Assembly: GCA_047459655.1 (NCBI GenBank)
Contig: JAJREF010000005.1
Location: forward strand, 128,001 to 192,000
Length of the DNA: 64,000 bases
Direction: 5' to 3'
From: Rhabdochlamydiaceae bacterium
Lineage (GTDB): Bacteria; Chlamydiota; Chlamydiia; Chlamydiales; Rhabdochlamydiaceae
A model generated the notes under the pieces. The model saw only the letters and a program-made list of their open reading frames with translations. It ran no database searches and had not been told where the DNA came from. Positions 10,680 to 23,311 of the stretch are shown in pieces. The translations under genes and the position numbers were made by a program. Position 1 is the first letter of the stretch. Each line of letters begins with the position of its first letter.

Positions 10680-13399
10680 ATTCCAAGGCCTTGTAAATTG
10701 GTTTGTACTCGGGTTCGAAGATAGGGGGTAATTGTCTCATCTGATAATACTTCCTGAAGCAACAAGATGGCTAGGTCTTCTTTTTCTCTTGCTTCATCGA
10801 ATTGTTGACTTTTTTTGCTCACGAGTGCTTCTAGTCTTAATATTTCCCCTTCGATGGCTTTCATATAACTTTGGTAAAGACCGTTCTTTTCTGGGGATAG
10901 CTCTCGCTGGTTATGATACTCTTGACATACTGTATCTTCGTAAGAGACAAAGTCATCTTTTAGTCGATTTAAAAAGAAGAGCGCTGTTTCGATTCTCGAT
11001 GCAGGCTCAGAAAGCAAAGAACGCATGTCAGCATATTCTAGCGCTGCTTCTAAATGTATCGGTTCAGAGTTGGATATTTTTCTGAATTTGAAGATCTTTC
11101 AGATTGTTTAAAACGGAAACAATTCGCGGATTGTTTTCATGAAAATCTTCTTTTTTTCTGTTTTAAACTGAGTTAGTAATAGCCTAGCTTTTTCAAGTGA
11201 GGCAGCACAAGAAAAGTAGGATGTTGCTTTTGGAACCAGGCGGGTTAGACGGTCATAAGTTGTCATAGCTTTTTGATAATCTTTTGCTAGAGCATATGCC
11301 TGCCCTAGTTCAAAAAGCGCTTGGTGGTAGAATTTCCAGCCACCCAAAGGGTTTTTCCCTTGTGTTTCTGTAAGCGAAATCAGGAGGTCTGTTCGCGCAT
11401 TAAGAGGGAGGATACGAGCAAATTTAAGGGCTTCAACTTCTAAAAAGCTATCTTCAGGAGCGATGTGTAATCTCATGGAAGTGTCTTTAATTTTCAAAAG
11501 ATCTTCAAAGAGAACGGCTGCTCGATCGTAGGCAAAAGCATTTTCAGGGTTGCTACTTGCAAGAGAGTAGTAGTAATTAGCTAGCCACAACTGGTTATCA
11601 AATTGAATAGGGTGTTTTTCCACGATATAGCTTGTAAAGAGATGCGCTGCTCCTTTTTCTAAATCACCTAGTTTTAAGTAATTGTTAAACAGTTCTAAGT
11701 GGATAGATCCTTTATTAGCATTGGGTAGCTGAAATTGTAATGCTTTCTCTGCATTAACAATAAAATCTTCTGGGCTAGAGTCTAATTTTTGATAGCAAAC
11801 AGCTGTTAAAAGGTACCCTTCTCCTATAGAAGCATGGTTTGGGTAGGACTGAAGGTAGTTCCGAAAAGATTGGAGGCTTTCCGCATAGTTATTTAACTCA
11901 AAATAGGTCTTGCCTAATAAAAATTCATAACTTGCTTGCTCATCTGCTTTGAATTTTCTATTGTGTTTTAATGTAGTCTGAAGATCTACAGCAAATTGTT
12001 CTTTCTTTGCGTCTTGCTCGCTTGGAGGCGCATTTTTAAGGTCTTGCATAGAGCAGTTTAGTACGTGTTTCCAAACGGCATCGATATGGCGACTTTGAGG
12101 AAATTCTTGCGCTACACCTAGGAAAGCTTTTTTGCTTTCTTCCCACGCTTCCATTTGGGATAGAATGATTGCTTTGTTATACATCGCATCTTCTTTTTGG
12201 TCGGCATCTGGGAATTGAGCGATAAACTGGTTTAAATCAAAAACAGCTTGCGCAAACTGCCCTGCTTTCAGGCAATTTTCTGCGTGTAGAAGAAGGGCTT
12301 TAGAAGTCTCGGGATCTTTTGGAAATTCAAGGGATAGCTTGCGGAGGGCTTGTTCGAATAACATGTCGTCATTTGATTTTTGGGCACATGTAATTAACAT
12401 CAGGAAAGCTGATTTTTTTAAATCGGAGGTCTCTTTTTCTTCTTCGATATATTGTTTCAAAAGAGGGGCCGCATCAGAGAAATTCCCAACGTTAAAATAG
12501 CTTCTTCCTAACCAGAAATGAAATAGTGGTTGCTTTTCTGGGGCTAGATGAATTTCTATTGAGGACTGCAAATTAATAAATTCATCATATTTTTTTTCTT
12601 GGAAAAGGAGCACGAACTGGTTGTAAGCAGCTAAAGCTGCTCTTTCACCATTTAAGTTATCAGATTTTTCCATAAGTTTCAATAGCTGCACCCTTATCAA
12701 ACAGAAGTTGCATAGAAGCTGCCTGTAGAAGAAACTCCTCTGCTTTTTCTGGATGTTTTTCTGCGAGGGTTAAATAGAGAGAAGCGGATTCAGTGTACTC
12801 ATTCAATATTTTATGCAATTCTGCACGGGGAAAAGAGCTAGATCTTGATATTTTTCAGAGGATAGAGATTCGTAAAAACGTTTAATTTCTGAGGCTAGCT
12901 GTTTTTTTTCAATTGGATCAGAGGAGCTAACCACTTGCTTGAAAAGAGACTCTGCTAAAAGAAAAAGTGCTTCTTCTCTGAAGGGAATAGGAAGGGATTT
13001 CAGCGCATCATCTTCTTGGAAAAAAGGGAGGGCTGTTGCAATGATTTCTTCCGATTTCTTTAACTCGTATAGGCAATGGAGGCGTTTGTAGAGTGTTTTT
13101 TCTACGAACTCTCTATGCTTAATTTTTTTATAAAATGCCAGAGCATCTAAAAAATTATCCTCTTGAAAAAAAATATCGCCTAGAATGGCGTGTAAATTAT
13201 CATGAAAATTACTTTGGGGGTAAGCTGTGAGAAATTCTATAATTTGCTTTTTGACCATTTGGTAGTCTTGATCTTTCCAAAATTCAGAAATTCTTTTTAA
13301 ACATAAAGACTCTTCCTGTGTAGCTTGCTTGCTTTGACAAAAAGCACTCCCCTGTAAAAGAAGAACGCAGGTGCATACTTGGAAAAAGACTGAATTCAA
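10676..13399 (-). CDS. Large exported TPR-repeat protein (frameshifted)
   Basis: Signal-peptide-like start, many TPR-like helices ('LGRSYF', 'LGKTYF', 'LGQAY'); ORFs 12803-13399, 11108-12700 and 10676-11026 join. Confidence 0.8.
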
Positions 13400-13445
13400 C
13401 TTCGTTCATAGAACCCCAAAATATTATTTATTCGGACACATTCTT

Positions 13446-13599
13446 GAGGCCGTTGGATAAGTAATCATATTTGTAAAAACGCACATTTTGCGATTTTTTG
13501 ATTGCCGCTTGTCTCCTAATAGGGCCTTACGCATAGGGAGCCTCACTCAATTCAAAATCTGCTATTTTTTCAAAACACGCTGACTTATGCAACGGTCTC
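13446..13599. repeat. Palindromic MITE-like element, family A copy 2
   Basis: GAGGCCGTTGGATAAGT...ACTTATGCAACGGTCTC; last ~35 bp essentially identical to 4080-4242. Confidence 0.85.
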
Positions 13600-13757
13600 A
13601 TCCTTATATCCCAAGGCTTCGAAAAAAGGAGCGGTTAGAAGCATTGAGTATACCTGCATATGTATACATCTTAGCACTTTAAAGTGTTAGTCATTTTCAA
13701 GAAAAATTAATTTAAAAGGCAACCTGAATTTCAAAAAAATCTCAAAATTGTTATTCC

Positions 13758-13920
13758 AACACCTCTGGATAACTCTGGTGAAGTGAAAAAATCTTCGATT
13801 TTTTTACAGATTTTTGTTTTTATGTCGAAGACATCCTATGGGGAGCAGGCGAGATGTGGAAATAAACATCTGCAGAAAAAGCACGATTTGATCGATTGAC
13901 CAGAGTTATGCGGAGGTCTC
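13758..13920. repeat. Palindromic MITE-like element, family B (163 bp)
   Basis: TIRs AACACCTCTGGATAACTCTGGT / ACCAGAGTTATGCGGAGGTCTC; ATTCC direct repeat on both flanks. Confidence 0.8.
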
Positions 13921-14039
13921 ATTCCGATAGTAGGCTATTTGGGTATACTGCAAGGCGGTCAAATGCAAAACTTCACCGCCTCATACTATAATCCAGGTCC
14001 TGTTAATTTTAGGATGAAGGCAGCTATAAAGCTACAGAG

Positions 14040-15625
14040 CTACGATTGATCATTCAAAAAATTTAATAAAATGTATTTGAGTGGCATGTGCTTGTTTCCC
14101 GTAAGGTAAGTTTTTAATTTTTCTTTATCCAAGTCAGGGAATTTTTCATGGATACAGAAGATTAAATAGTATTGATTAGTGTTGTGTTCTTCAGTATCAG
14201 GAATTACGCCATTATTAAGTGTGCTGATATGACTATTAAAGCATTCTTTCATTCTTTCTTGCCAAAGTGATTCATTAGGGCTCATGTTTCTGCTAGCACT
14301 CCCTATTAATCTGATCAATTCAGCAAGCTTTAGATAATTTGGATCATTTGGATGATTAAAAATGTCCATTGCCTTTTCCATTCTTTCTAATTTCTCTTGA
14401 ACAGATTTTCTGTAAGTTGTTTCAAAAACTTGGCAACAATCAGAAGGTCTTGCATTTAAGGCTGCTGCAAGCTCTTTATGTGGTTTATAATATTCATTAT
14501 ATGTTTTGTGCACCATAAGGATAAGGAAAAATGCGCTTTTGTCTTCCTTAGATAAAGGGATGCCTCTTTTTAAAGATTTTTGTATTTTAGAGAGAAAATC
14601 AGCCGTTTCAAGATCTCTTGTCAAACGTGTAATCCCATTTTCATTTAAAAAAGTATGTAAGAGGTAAAGAGGATTTAATGTTTGTGCTGATTTGACCATT
14701 AATTTAATGGTATATTCTGCAATTGATGATAAATCTTCCATGCTATCTCTTGTTATTACAATGGGGGCTTCATATGAGCGGTGTTGGAAATAAATAAAGA
14801 TATTTATTTGATCTTCTGTGGACAGGTGCTTTCCGTCTTGCGCTTTCTTTATTGAAAGGGCGTATTTACGATCTTCTATATCAAAATTCTTGACATTCTC
14901 CTTTTCGGCAAACTCAATGATTTCATCGGTTATTGCAAAGGAGGGTATTAAAAGAGGTCCTTTTCCAGGATTGATCTTTTGCATGCCTAACTTCTCTCTA
15001 AGATGCTCTCTCTCTTTTCTTTTTGTATACTGCAAGATGGAAAAGCACCAGGCGGTGAATAGGGCAGAAGGAATAGAAAATGTGCCAGCAGCAGCAGTCA
15101 GGGCCCCTCCTGTAATAAAAGCAAGAGCGTTTGATATTTGCGGATAGTTGATATGTGCTCTTGTTGGGGCGCATTTGTCCCATATTTCTCTGATTATCAA
15201 GGATGAAAGAGCAATGTAAATTATTTCTTTTGGAAGCGCAGGGGATTTCTCCACACACTTTTCTAAAAATGGGAGGAGAGGTGAAGGTGTTTTTAATATA
15301 GAAGATAGTCTTGGATGGGTGACTGCATAATGGATTGTTGGGTGGGTTTGTAAGCGCTGTAAAAAGAATTGTAGGTAGGAAAGCGATCTTAATGCAACGG
15401 GGGAAGGCATATTAGGAAAGCGTAAAAAGTGGTAACACTTCTTTCATAGAGAGAAGGTTTCGGAGTGTCAAAACGAGACTGTGCTGAGAGTTTGTCTATG
15501 CAGCTAGCGATTATGCGTTCCTGCAAAATATAATATAGACATGCAGCGGTAGTGGCTCCGATCCCTAGGGTGAAAGATTGAATTGTGGACGCTTGTAAGG
15601 AGGGAAAATTGGTAAGTTTTTGCAT
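14040..15625 (-). CDS. Hypothetical protein with hydrophobic segments (ORFs 15389-15625 and 14040-15410, possibly one frameshifted gene)
   Basis: Long ORF, no recognisable family. Confidence 0.6.
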
Positions 15626-15815
15626 AGATCACCGATTTAATTTTTCGGAGAGTATATCATATAGTTTTCATCGGGTTCAAGATGTTTTTTAGATTATTTT
15701 TTGCCATTTTCGAGCAATTAAAAATACACTTGGCAACGTTTGGTTTTCGACGCTTTTAAATAGCTCGTGGCCCCAAATACCATGTTTATTTTCTTAAGAC
15801 ACTTGTCCAGATTCC

Positions 15816-17164
15816 TTAAAATTGCAAAACGGCCACGCACTCAACGTGAACGGTTTGGGGGAACATGTCAAACGGCTTTACATTGCCTATTTTATATCCT
15901 TTTTCGCATAGAATCACAAGGTCGCGAGATAGGGTTGCAGGATCACAGGAAACATAAATGATTTTGGTGGGCTTGAGAGTGGCCAGGCTTTCGAGGAAAG
16001 AACGCTCACAACCCTTTCTGGGGGGATTGAGAATAGCTATATCGATATGTTTTAAAGAGGAAATGAAATCTTCTGCGGATGCGCAGGTAAATTGGACATT
16101 GGAGATGTGGTTGGCATGGGCATTTTCTTTGGCATCTGTGATGGCTTCTTTGATATATTCTACGCCGATTACGGTATGTGCTTGTTTGGCAAGAATCAAA
16201 GAGAGGGTGCCCACGCCGCAATAAGCATCCAGAACGGTTTCTTTTCCTGTTAAGGCAGCATATTCCAAAACGGTTTGGTAGACTCTTTCTGCTTGACCTG
16301 GATTAACTTGAAAAAATGAAGCAGGGGAGACTTTAAAAGTAAGATCTAAGAGGGTCTCTTTAATCGAATTCTCTCCGAGAAGGGGTAAAACTCTTTTCCT
16401 AGCATCACATTATCTTGTGAAGGGTTGACATTTTGAACAACACCTTTGATTTCAGGCATCGATTGCATAATCGCTTTAGCTGCTTCAGAAAGTCCTGGCA
16501 GAGATTTTTTTGTCGTTACCAAAATAACAAGGGCTTGGTTTGTGGCAACAGCTGTTTTAATGAGGGCGCATTTTATGTCTCCTTCGCCCGTATTGATGTT
16601 ATAAGCAGTTAGCGGAGAGGTTTTAAGAATGTTTTTCACTTTCTGGAAGACCGCTTCGCCTAGTGAGCAGTGAATATAACATTTGTCTATCTCTATCAGG
16701 TCATGGGTGTTATAAGCATACAGTCCTAGGTAGAGATGGGAGCCGCGCGCTCCTGCTGGTAGTTGAATTTTATTTCTGTAAGCTAAAGGCAGTGGAGATG
16801 GTTGGCAAGGAGCAACTTCGACGTTAAGAAATTTCCCTATTCTTTGCAGGGCATCGATCACGCGTTGACGTTTGATGACTAGCTGCTCTTTGTATTCTAG
16901 GTGCATGATCTGGCATCCTCCACATTTGCCGAAAACAGGGCACGGAGGTTTTTGCCTTTGGGGTGAGATTGTCAGATGCTGGATTAATTTTGCTCTTGCA
17001 AAATTTTTACGCACCTCGCAAATGGTGGCTTTTATTTTTTCTCCAGGCAGAGCGCCATCCACAAAAATTGTGAATCCTTCAAAAACACCAACACCTTCCC
17101 CGTTGATTCCTAGGCGTTCTATAGAAAGCGTGATGGTTTGTTCAAGTTGGGGCTTACTAAACAT
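15816..17164 (-). CDS. rlmD: 23S rRNA (uracil-C5)-methyltransferase RlmD (frameshift ~16380)
   Basis: TRAM domain, 'CPVFGKCGGC', 'YRNKIQ', 'DAYCGVG', 'YVSCDPATL', 'DMFPQTVHVE'. Confidence 0.93.
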
Positions 17165-17240
17165 ATTGGACAGGATATCTGAAGCTCGCATTAAAAATAA
17201 GAGATGTATATAGTTGCCGTATTTCAAATAAGGATGAGAT

Positions 17241-18011
17241 ATGAAAACATTTTTGATGATATTGATCGGTGCGTGTGTCAAGCTTCAGGCATTATATTTT
17301 GGAAATCCTGCTTCTCCCCAGATCATAGAAGAGGGTTTTTTTATCCCTCTCGATAGTGTTTTTTCTTTTAAACTAGGGTTTGAAAAGATTGGGTTTTTGA
17401 CCGAAAACTTCACCTCCATGGAAACACAAATGGCTATACAGGTGGTTTTGAATCTAACATGAACCAGGGTCTTTTTACTTTAGTGTTTCTTGATAGGCTA
17501 GAAGTCTATGGTTCGATGGGTTCTTTTCAAGCATCTTTTTCGAATAGGCTTGCCATCGACGACGAGCAAAGAGATTACCACTCTATTGATAAAATTACCT
17601 ATGGTGGGGGCGCTAGGCTTATTTTAGCGCAATTTGGGAAGGTAGTCATTGGAGTTGATGGTAAATTTCAGTATTCAAATCCTCGGATAGATTCTGTAAC
17701 TGTCAATGGGGTGGGTTTTTCTTCCCGTTCTCGAGTTCAATATCGAGAGAGTCAAGCTGGCTTTGGGGTATCTTTTGAGATAAAACCCTTGATGCCTTAC
17801 TTGGCGGTTAAGTATTCAGAGGCTACTGCACGTGTCAAATGGATTAAAAGCAAATATTAGCCCTATATCTCAATTTAAAATGAGAAGTAAAGGAAGATGT
17901 GGAATGGTTGTGGGGTGCACGATCTCTCCTAGTAAAATTGTAGATCTTACATGCGAGGCTGCGTTATTTGATGAACAGTCTACAACAGTTGCTGGTAACC
18001 TGAAGTTTTGA
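17241..18011 (+). CDS. MOMP/PorB-like outer membrane beta-barrel protein (frameshifted)
   Basis: Signal peptide then 'LYFGNPASP..IEEG', resembling the chlamydial MOMP N-terminus; C-terminal Phe (GNLKF) read after frameshift. Confidence 0.75.
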
Positions 18012-18155
18012 AAGAGAAGGTAATTGCAAAACTGAAGAAAATCTTCTTCTTTAAAAAAACCTGGGCCTGCTTTATAATCGGGCCGCCGTGAGGAGCGTGT
18101 TTTGTTCTTCTTGCTATAAATAGGCGGCATTCTTCCATAATGAGGTAAGGTCTAT

Positions 18156-19385
18156 ATGAGAAAATATCATCAATTATTACTGCTTTCTTTAATATTACTG
18201 ACCTCATATGCAGGTGCAGCCGACATCAATGAGCGCGATATTGAAACGTTGCGTGAATGGATCAACTCCAGAAGGATGATCACTGTCAAGGAATTGGGCG
18301 GCCAGCTCTCGATCAGCGGAGATATACATGCGGAGATGCAAGCTGCGAATGAAGTAAGGAATGGGAAACGGCAAAGAGGGTCAGGGACTTCTAACCCGAC
18401 CAAGACTTATGATATAGAGTTTAACCTAGCCGTAGATTACAGAGCAGATCGTACGTGGGCAGCAGCAAGACTTCGTTTTGATAATGATGCTGGGATTACA
18501 AATACAAAAGTAGGCTCTGGGACAACAAGCAATATTAAATTGGATAGAGCCTATTTTGGATACCGTATTTTTGATGGAGATCAACATACGATGGATTTTG
18601 AGATCGGGAGACGTGGATTGTCGACGGTTTTTGATTCAAAATTACAAGTTCAATTCCAATTTTGATGGAGTCTTGTTTAAAGATAATTACGTGTTTGACC
18701 GTGCAGGTGATTTTTATTACGAGTTGGGTATTTTGCTTGTGAATGACAAGAGGAGCCAAGCGGCTTATCTTGAGAGATCGGCCTCCAAAATATCGCGAGA
18801 ACAGGGTTTTATACGAAGTATTCTGTGGCCGATTGGGATACATCCAATGCTTCGGGCATCCCTCACCAATTTCAGTTCTTAGTTTCCCAGTGGCTAATCG
18901 GTTATAAATTTATTCCTGTGCAGTTCGACAGGGTTGTTAATTTTTATCTTGCAACTCTTTACAACCATGTAGCTGAAAGACATGCAATTAGTGATTACAA
19001 AAAAGCCAATAATGGTGGATATGTGGGCTTCAGCGTTGGTCAAGCTAAATTGCAGGGAGATTGGGTGTTTGAAGCTAGTTACCAATTCTTACAAGCGCAG
19101 TGTGTTCCTGATTTCGATGCTTCAGGTGTTGGCCTTGGCAATACTTCAGGGAATGCATTTTATTATGCTAAAACAGGGGCTAAGGCTAGTGATTATGTTC
19201 TTAACACACGCAAAACAGCAGAAGGGAATGTGAATTTCCGTGGCTTTGAGCTTACTCTTCAATATCTCTTATCAAATAATCTCAATCTTTTCCAACAGTG
19301 GAAACAGGGTATCACGCTAGATAAACACATTGGGCCATTCCGTAAGTACAAACAGTACGAGGTCGATTTTATCTATAACTTCTAG
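18156..19385 (+). CDS. Chlamydial outer membrane protein / putative porin (CT623-like; frameshifted)
   Basis: Signal peptide, 'LSISGD', 'DIEFNLAVDYRADRTWA', 'LDRAYFGY', terminal 'VDFIYNF'. Confidence 0.75.
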
Positions 19386-19521
19386 GAACCTTCCCAATAA
19401 TAAGGTTTCGTCGATTTTTGGGATTACTTTGGCCCATTTTGCGAGGGGTTATATACGCAGTGGATATTACCCCTCGCAAAGAGTCCGAAAATCGACAGAA
19501 ACTTATTATCGGGATAGGTTC
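19386..19521. repeat. Palindromic intergenic element, family C (136 bp)
   Basis: Outer arms GAACCTTCCCAATAATAAGGTTTCGTCGATTTT / AAAATCGACAGAAACTTATTATCGGGATAGGTTC; inner stem TTTGCGAGGGG/CCCCTCGCAAA. Confidence 0.8.
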
Positions 19522-19530
19522 AGAGGTCCA

Positions 19531-22474
19531 ATGCAAATTTTTCTCAGTAACCGTCTAGAGGTTTTAGCGGATGCTTTGAGAGATGTGCTTTTTTCTAGTC
19601 ATAATCCCTTTGCAATCCAGCATGTAATTGTTCCTACTCATCATCTTAAAAATTTTTTGCTTTACAGGTGGGCAAAAGATAAAAAGCTTCAAATTGTAGC
19701 TGGGATAAAAATTCTAACACTTGCAGAAGCCCTTCGATTGTTTTTCCCTAATATTCCGACTTCGGTAGAGCTCTCGCTGCAGATAGAAGAGTATCTCACC
19801 AATCATCAAGACACTCAGCCTGTAGCGGATTATCTAAAACAAGGGGGCCCTAAAAGACTAGGATCCCTTGCGGACCAGATCAGCTCCCTTTTTTTAACCT
19901 ATGGCATATGTGAAAAGGAAGTGCTCTCTAATTGGCAAGGAAAGAAGGTTGGCAGCAGACGCTTTGGAAACAGTTGTGGAAAGATTGTACTCCTTGGGAG
20001 CAGGGAAAAGAGGAAACGATCAAATCCACCTATTCCATTTAAGTTTTCTGCCTTGTTTTTATTTTAATTTTTTCGATCGATGGACACCAGAGTCTACCAT
20101 CTTTCCCCTTCAGAGATGTTTTTAGGGGATTTTTTCTCAGAAAAAAGCAGGCGTTTTTGTTAAAAAAAACAGCGGCTTTCCAAAAAGAATCCTTGAAAGA
20201 GTATTTTAAAGAGCAAAATACTTTTCTGGCTAATAACGGAAGGGTCTACCAACTATTTTCCCGTTTCCTTGAAGACAACAACATTCCTTATGAAGAGTGT
20301 TACGAATCCCCTTGTCAAGATCATCTGCTTGGGCTTGTTCAACAAGAAATGCTCTTTCTTGAAAAATATGATAAGCCTCAAGATGACTCTATCCAAATCC
20401 ACTCGGCTACTTCTAAACTTAGAGAAGTTGAAGTTGTGTGGGAAATCATTCAAAGATTGGGGACATCGCCTAGTCAAATTCTTATCTATGCTCCTGATAT
20501 CATGGAATATGTTCCCTACATTCATATGGTGTTTGGGCGGAAAGAGAATCCTTATGAGTACACTATTTTCGATTTAGAGTTAGAAAATGAAAGCAGTCTA
20601 GCTGGTAGTCTAAAAAATTTCTTAGATCTGCCATCTTCTAACTTTGATGTAGACTCTATCTTGAAATTACTGTCATTTTCTAACTTTTTACAAAAATGGC
20701 AGCTTGCAGACGAGGATGTAGAGGTCATAAAAAAATGGACAAAAGAAGCGCGCATTTATTTTGACATCTACTCTCAAGATCCTGGGTCTTGGGACGTTGG
20801 ACTTTCTCGGTTAATCGAGGCTCTTATAAATGGCAGGGGGAGGGTTAATATTGAACTATCGCAAGCAGATCTGCTAGGCAAATGGATAGAGATTATCCAG
20901 GCAGTACGTTTGGCATTTAATCCTATTGTAAAGCTTGAAAAGAAAAGGGTTGCAGAGTGGATGATCTATATACAAAAAATGGCAGAGCAATTTTTTGCCG
21001 TTCATGAGGATGATGAAGCTATTTTAAAAGAATTTTTCCACTTAGGAAAAATAGAGGCAGGTCCCTTTACTTTTACAAGTATTAGTAGAGTGCTGGAGCA
21101 GGTTTTCAAAAGAAGAGAAGGCTCTTTTCATGGAAGCTATTTAAATAGCGTTCGATTTTGTTCTTTAAAACCAGGCACATCTTTTCCAGCTGAAAGTATT
21201 ATTTTGATGGGGATGGAAGATGGGGTCTTCCCTCGAGTACAACTAAGAACATCTCTGGAAGAGGTGGTGTCTAAACAATCCATTACGGTAGCAGAAGAAG
21301 ATCGCTATCTTTTCTTAGAACAGTTTTTATGTGCGCGCTCCTACTTCATCTTAACTTATACGCGCATTGACAAACAGGATGGGAAAGACAACCCCCCTTC
21401 TCTCTTAGTGCAGGAGTTAATGCGGTATCTTCCTAATGTGCACATACATTTTCATCCTCGTGAGCCTTTTGATGAAAGTTATTTCCAAGAGACCGGTTTT
21501 AGAAGTTATTCTCCTTTTTATTTTGCAGCTGCGAAAAAAAATTATCAGGAAAAATTTCCCAGGATGCCCATTTTTTCTATGGTTCCTTCATTAACTCTCC
21601 AAGATGTTCCCACATCTTCTTTAGATATGAGGAGTTTAAGTAAACTAGCGCGCCATCCTATCCAATTCTATTTCGAAAAAAACATGGCATCTATTTTCAA
21701 CATGAAAAACCTGCTCATCAAGATTGCGTTCTTTCTTATCTTGATTTAGCTTCTTTTAGAAAAGCTTCTCTCAAGGAGGATCTCTCTTCTATCCTTAAGC
21801 AGACAGAAGCAAGAGGGGAACTTCCTCTAGGTTCACTCAAAGATGTGGCTGTCTATAGGATCAAAGAGGAAATTACGGGCTACCACAAGGCTTTAGATTT
21901 GCTTCATGTAGATAAAGCAGACATTTTTTCTGTTGAGTTGAATGTTTCATGCAAGAAACAGGTGGAAATAGAAAAAGGAAGATGGATTTCTCCCCCTCTT
22001 GTTGTTTCGGTAGAAGGGAAAGAGATTACAATTGTAGGAAAGATCGAAGGCCTCTCTCTGCAGGGCGTTCTCATTCATGGAGAAGAGAAGATAGAGGATT
22101 TGATAAAAGGTTGGCCCCTCTACCTGGTAGCAAGATCACTTCCTTTCAACATACAACCTTATTTTCTTTTGACAAAAGAAGGGAAACAAGTATCTCCTCC
22201 TTTTACAGAGGGAGAAAAAGCGCTTGCTCAATACATCAAGTATGCCTTGATGGCCTCTCATCATCCTTCTCCTTGTCTTCCCAAGTTTACAAACATCCTT
22301 TTACGAGAAGAGGCCCAAAGTCTGGAGAAAGCTTTTCAAACAGAAGCTCAGGGAAATTTTTCAGATCCTATCTTGCAGTGGTTGCGAGAGCAAGAAGGGT
22401 TGCCTTCTATTGCAGAGTGGCACCGCCTTTGGGCTCCTTTATTGAAGGAGGTCTTTCTTAGACCTTTTACGTGA
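19531..22474 (+). CDS. recC: Exodeoxyribonuclease V gamma subunit (frameshifted)
   Basis: 'FLSNRLEVLADAL', 'SIQIHSATSKLREVE', 'EEDRYLFLE', 'PSLLVQEL', 'LARHPIQFYF'. Confidence 0.9.
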
Positions 22475-22583
22475 TTAAGGTTCTATCGATGAGTGGAAAG
22501 ATACGTTTGCGAAGTTCTCCTTTGATAGACAGCCTTGCAATAAGTCCCCAGCTAGATTGCTCGGGGACCGATCGATTGTCCTT

Positions 22584-23072
22584 CTATGATAAGGTGCCAA
22601 CAGTAGCACCTACATTTGTCCCTATGAGAATAGCTAAGGATAAAAGAGAGATAGTGTCCAGGGTTTTCAACTCAAGCCCCGAACCATCTCGTTGTGGCAT
22701 CCCTACATACGGATGATTATCTTGATAACCTCTTGCATCACAACCACAACAACATCCATTAGCACCCGAACAATATTCTAATCCGGGAATGGACACTCTC
22801 TTTCCACAAATCCCTACATCCATTGGGTCATATAACCCAGTGTAATGCCCAAATAATCTCGCAAAAGCACAAGGGGCAAATACAACGCCCAATGTCATTG
22901 CACAAAGAAGCTGCCTGTGACAATCGAATTCTCTTCCGCCACAATTATCACCTCTTAATCTTGCCTCCTCGTCAACTTCTTCAAGCAACTGTCGTCCTAG
23001 CTCTCCAGCGGAAGGAGTTCTTGAATTAATCGTTGTTACTGTCGGTTGTGTGGTTAATGGTGGGACTCTCAT
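22584..23072 (-). CDS. Cys-rich hypothetical protein with two hydrophobic segments
   Basis: Intact ORF with AAGGA RBS; Thr/Pro-rich N-terminus, CCCGC cluster. Confidence 0.65.
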   Translation of the reverse strand: MRVPPLTTQPTVTTINSRTPSAGELGRQLLEEVDEEARLRGDNCGGREFDCHRQLLCAMTLGVVFAPCAFARLFGHYTGLYDPMDVGICGKRVSIPGLEYCSGANGCCCGCDARGYQDNHPYVGMPQRDGSGLELKTLDTISLLSLAILIGTNVGATVGTLS

Positions 23073-23311
23073 ATTTTTTCCTTTTGTTAATTTTCTTTGC
23101 CAAACTTTCTTAGTCTGAATTCACAGAAAACATGTTACACTAACTATAGCTAATCTTACACTTTTTTTATACTTTTTTTAGATACTAACATGATGCAAGC
23201 TATCAAACTTTCTTGATGTACATCAATACCAAACCATCTATCTAAAATTTCTTACATACAAATGCCTCCATTATTAGCATTCAAAACATGCAAAGATATT
23301 TTAATGATATT

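Noticed and set aside
19330..19530. N-terminal extension of RecC in the ORF track
   Set aside because: It runs through the porin end and the palindromic element; the RecC-like sequence and GAGG RBS point to ATG at 19531.
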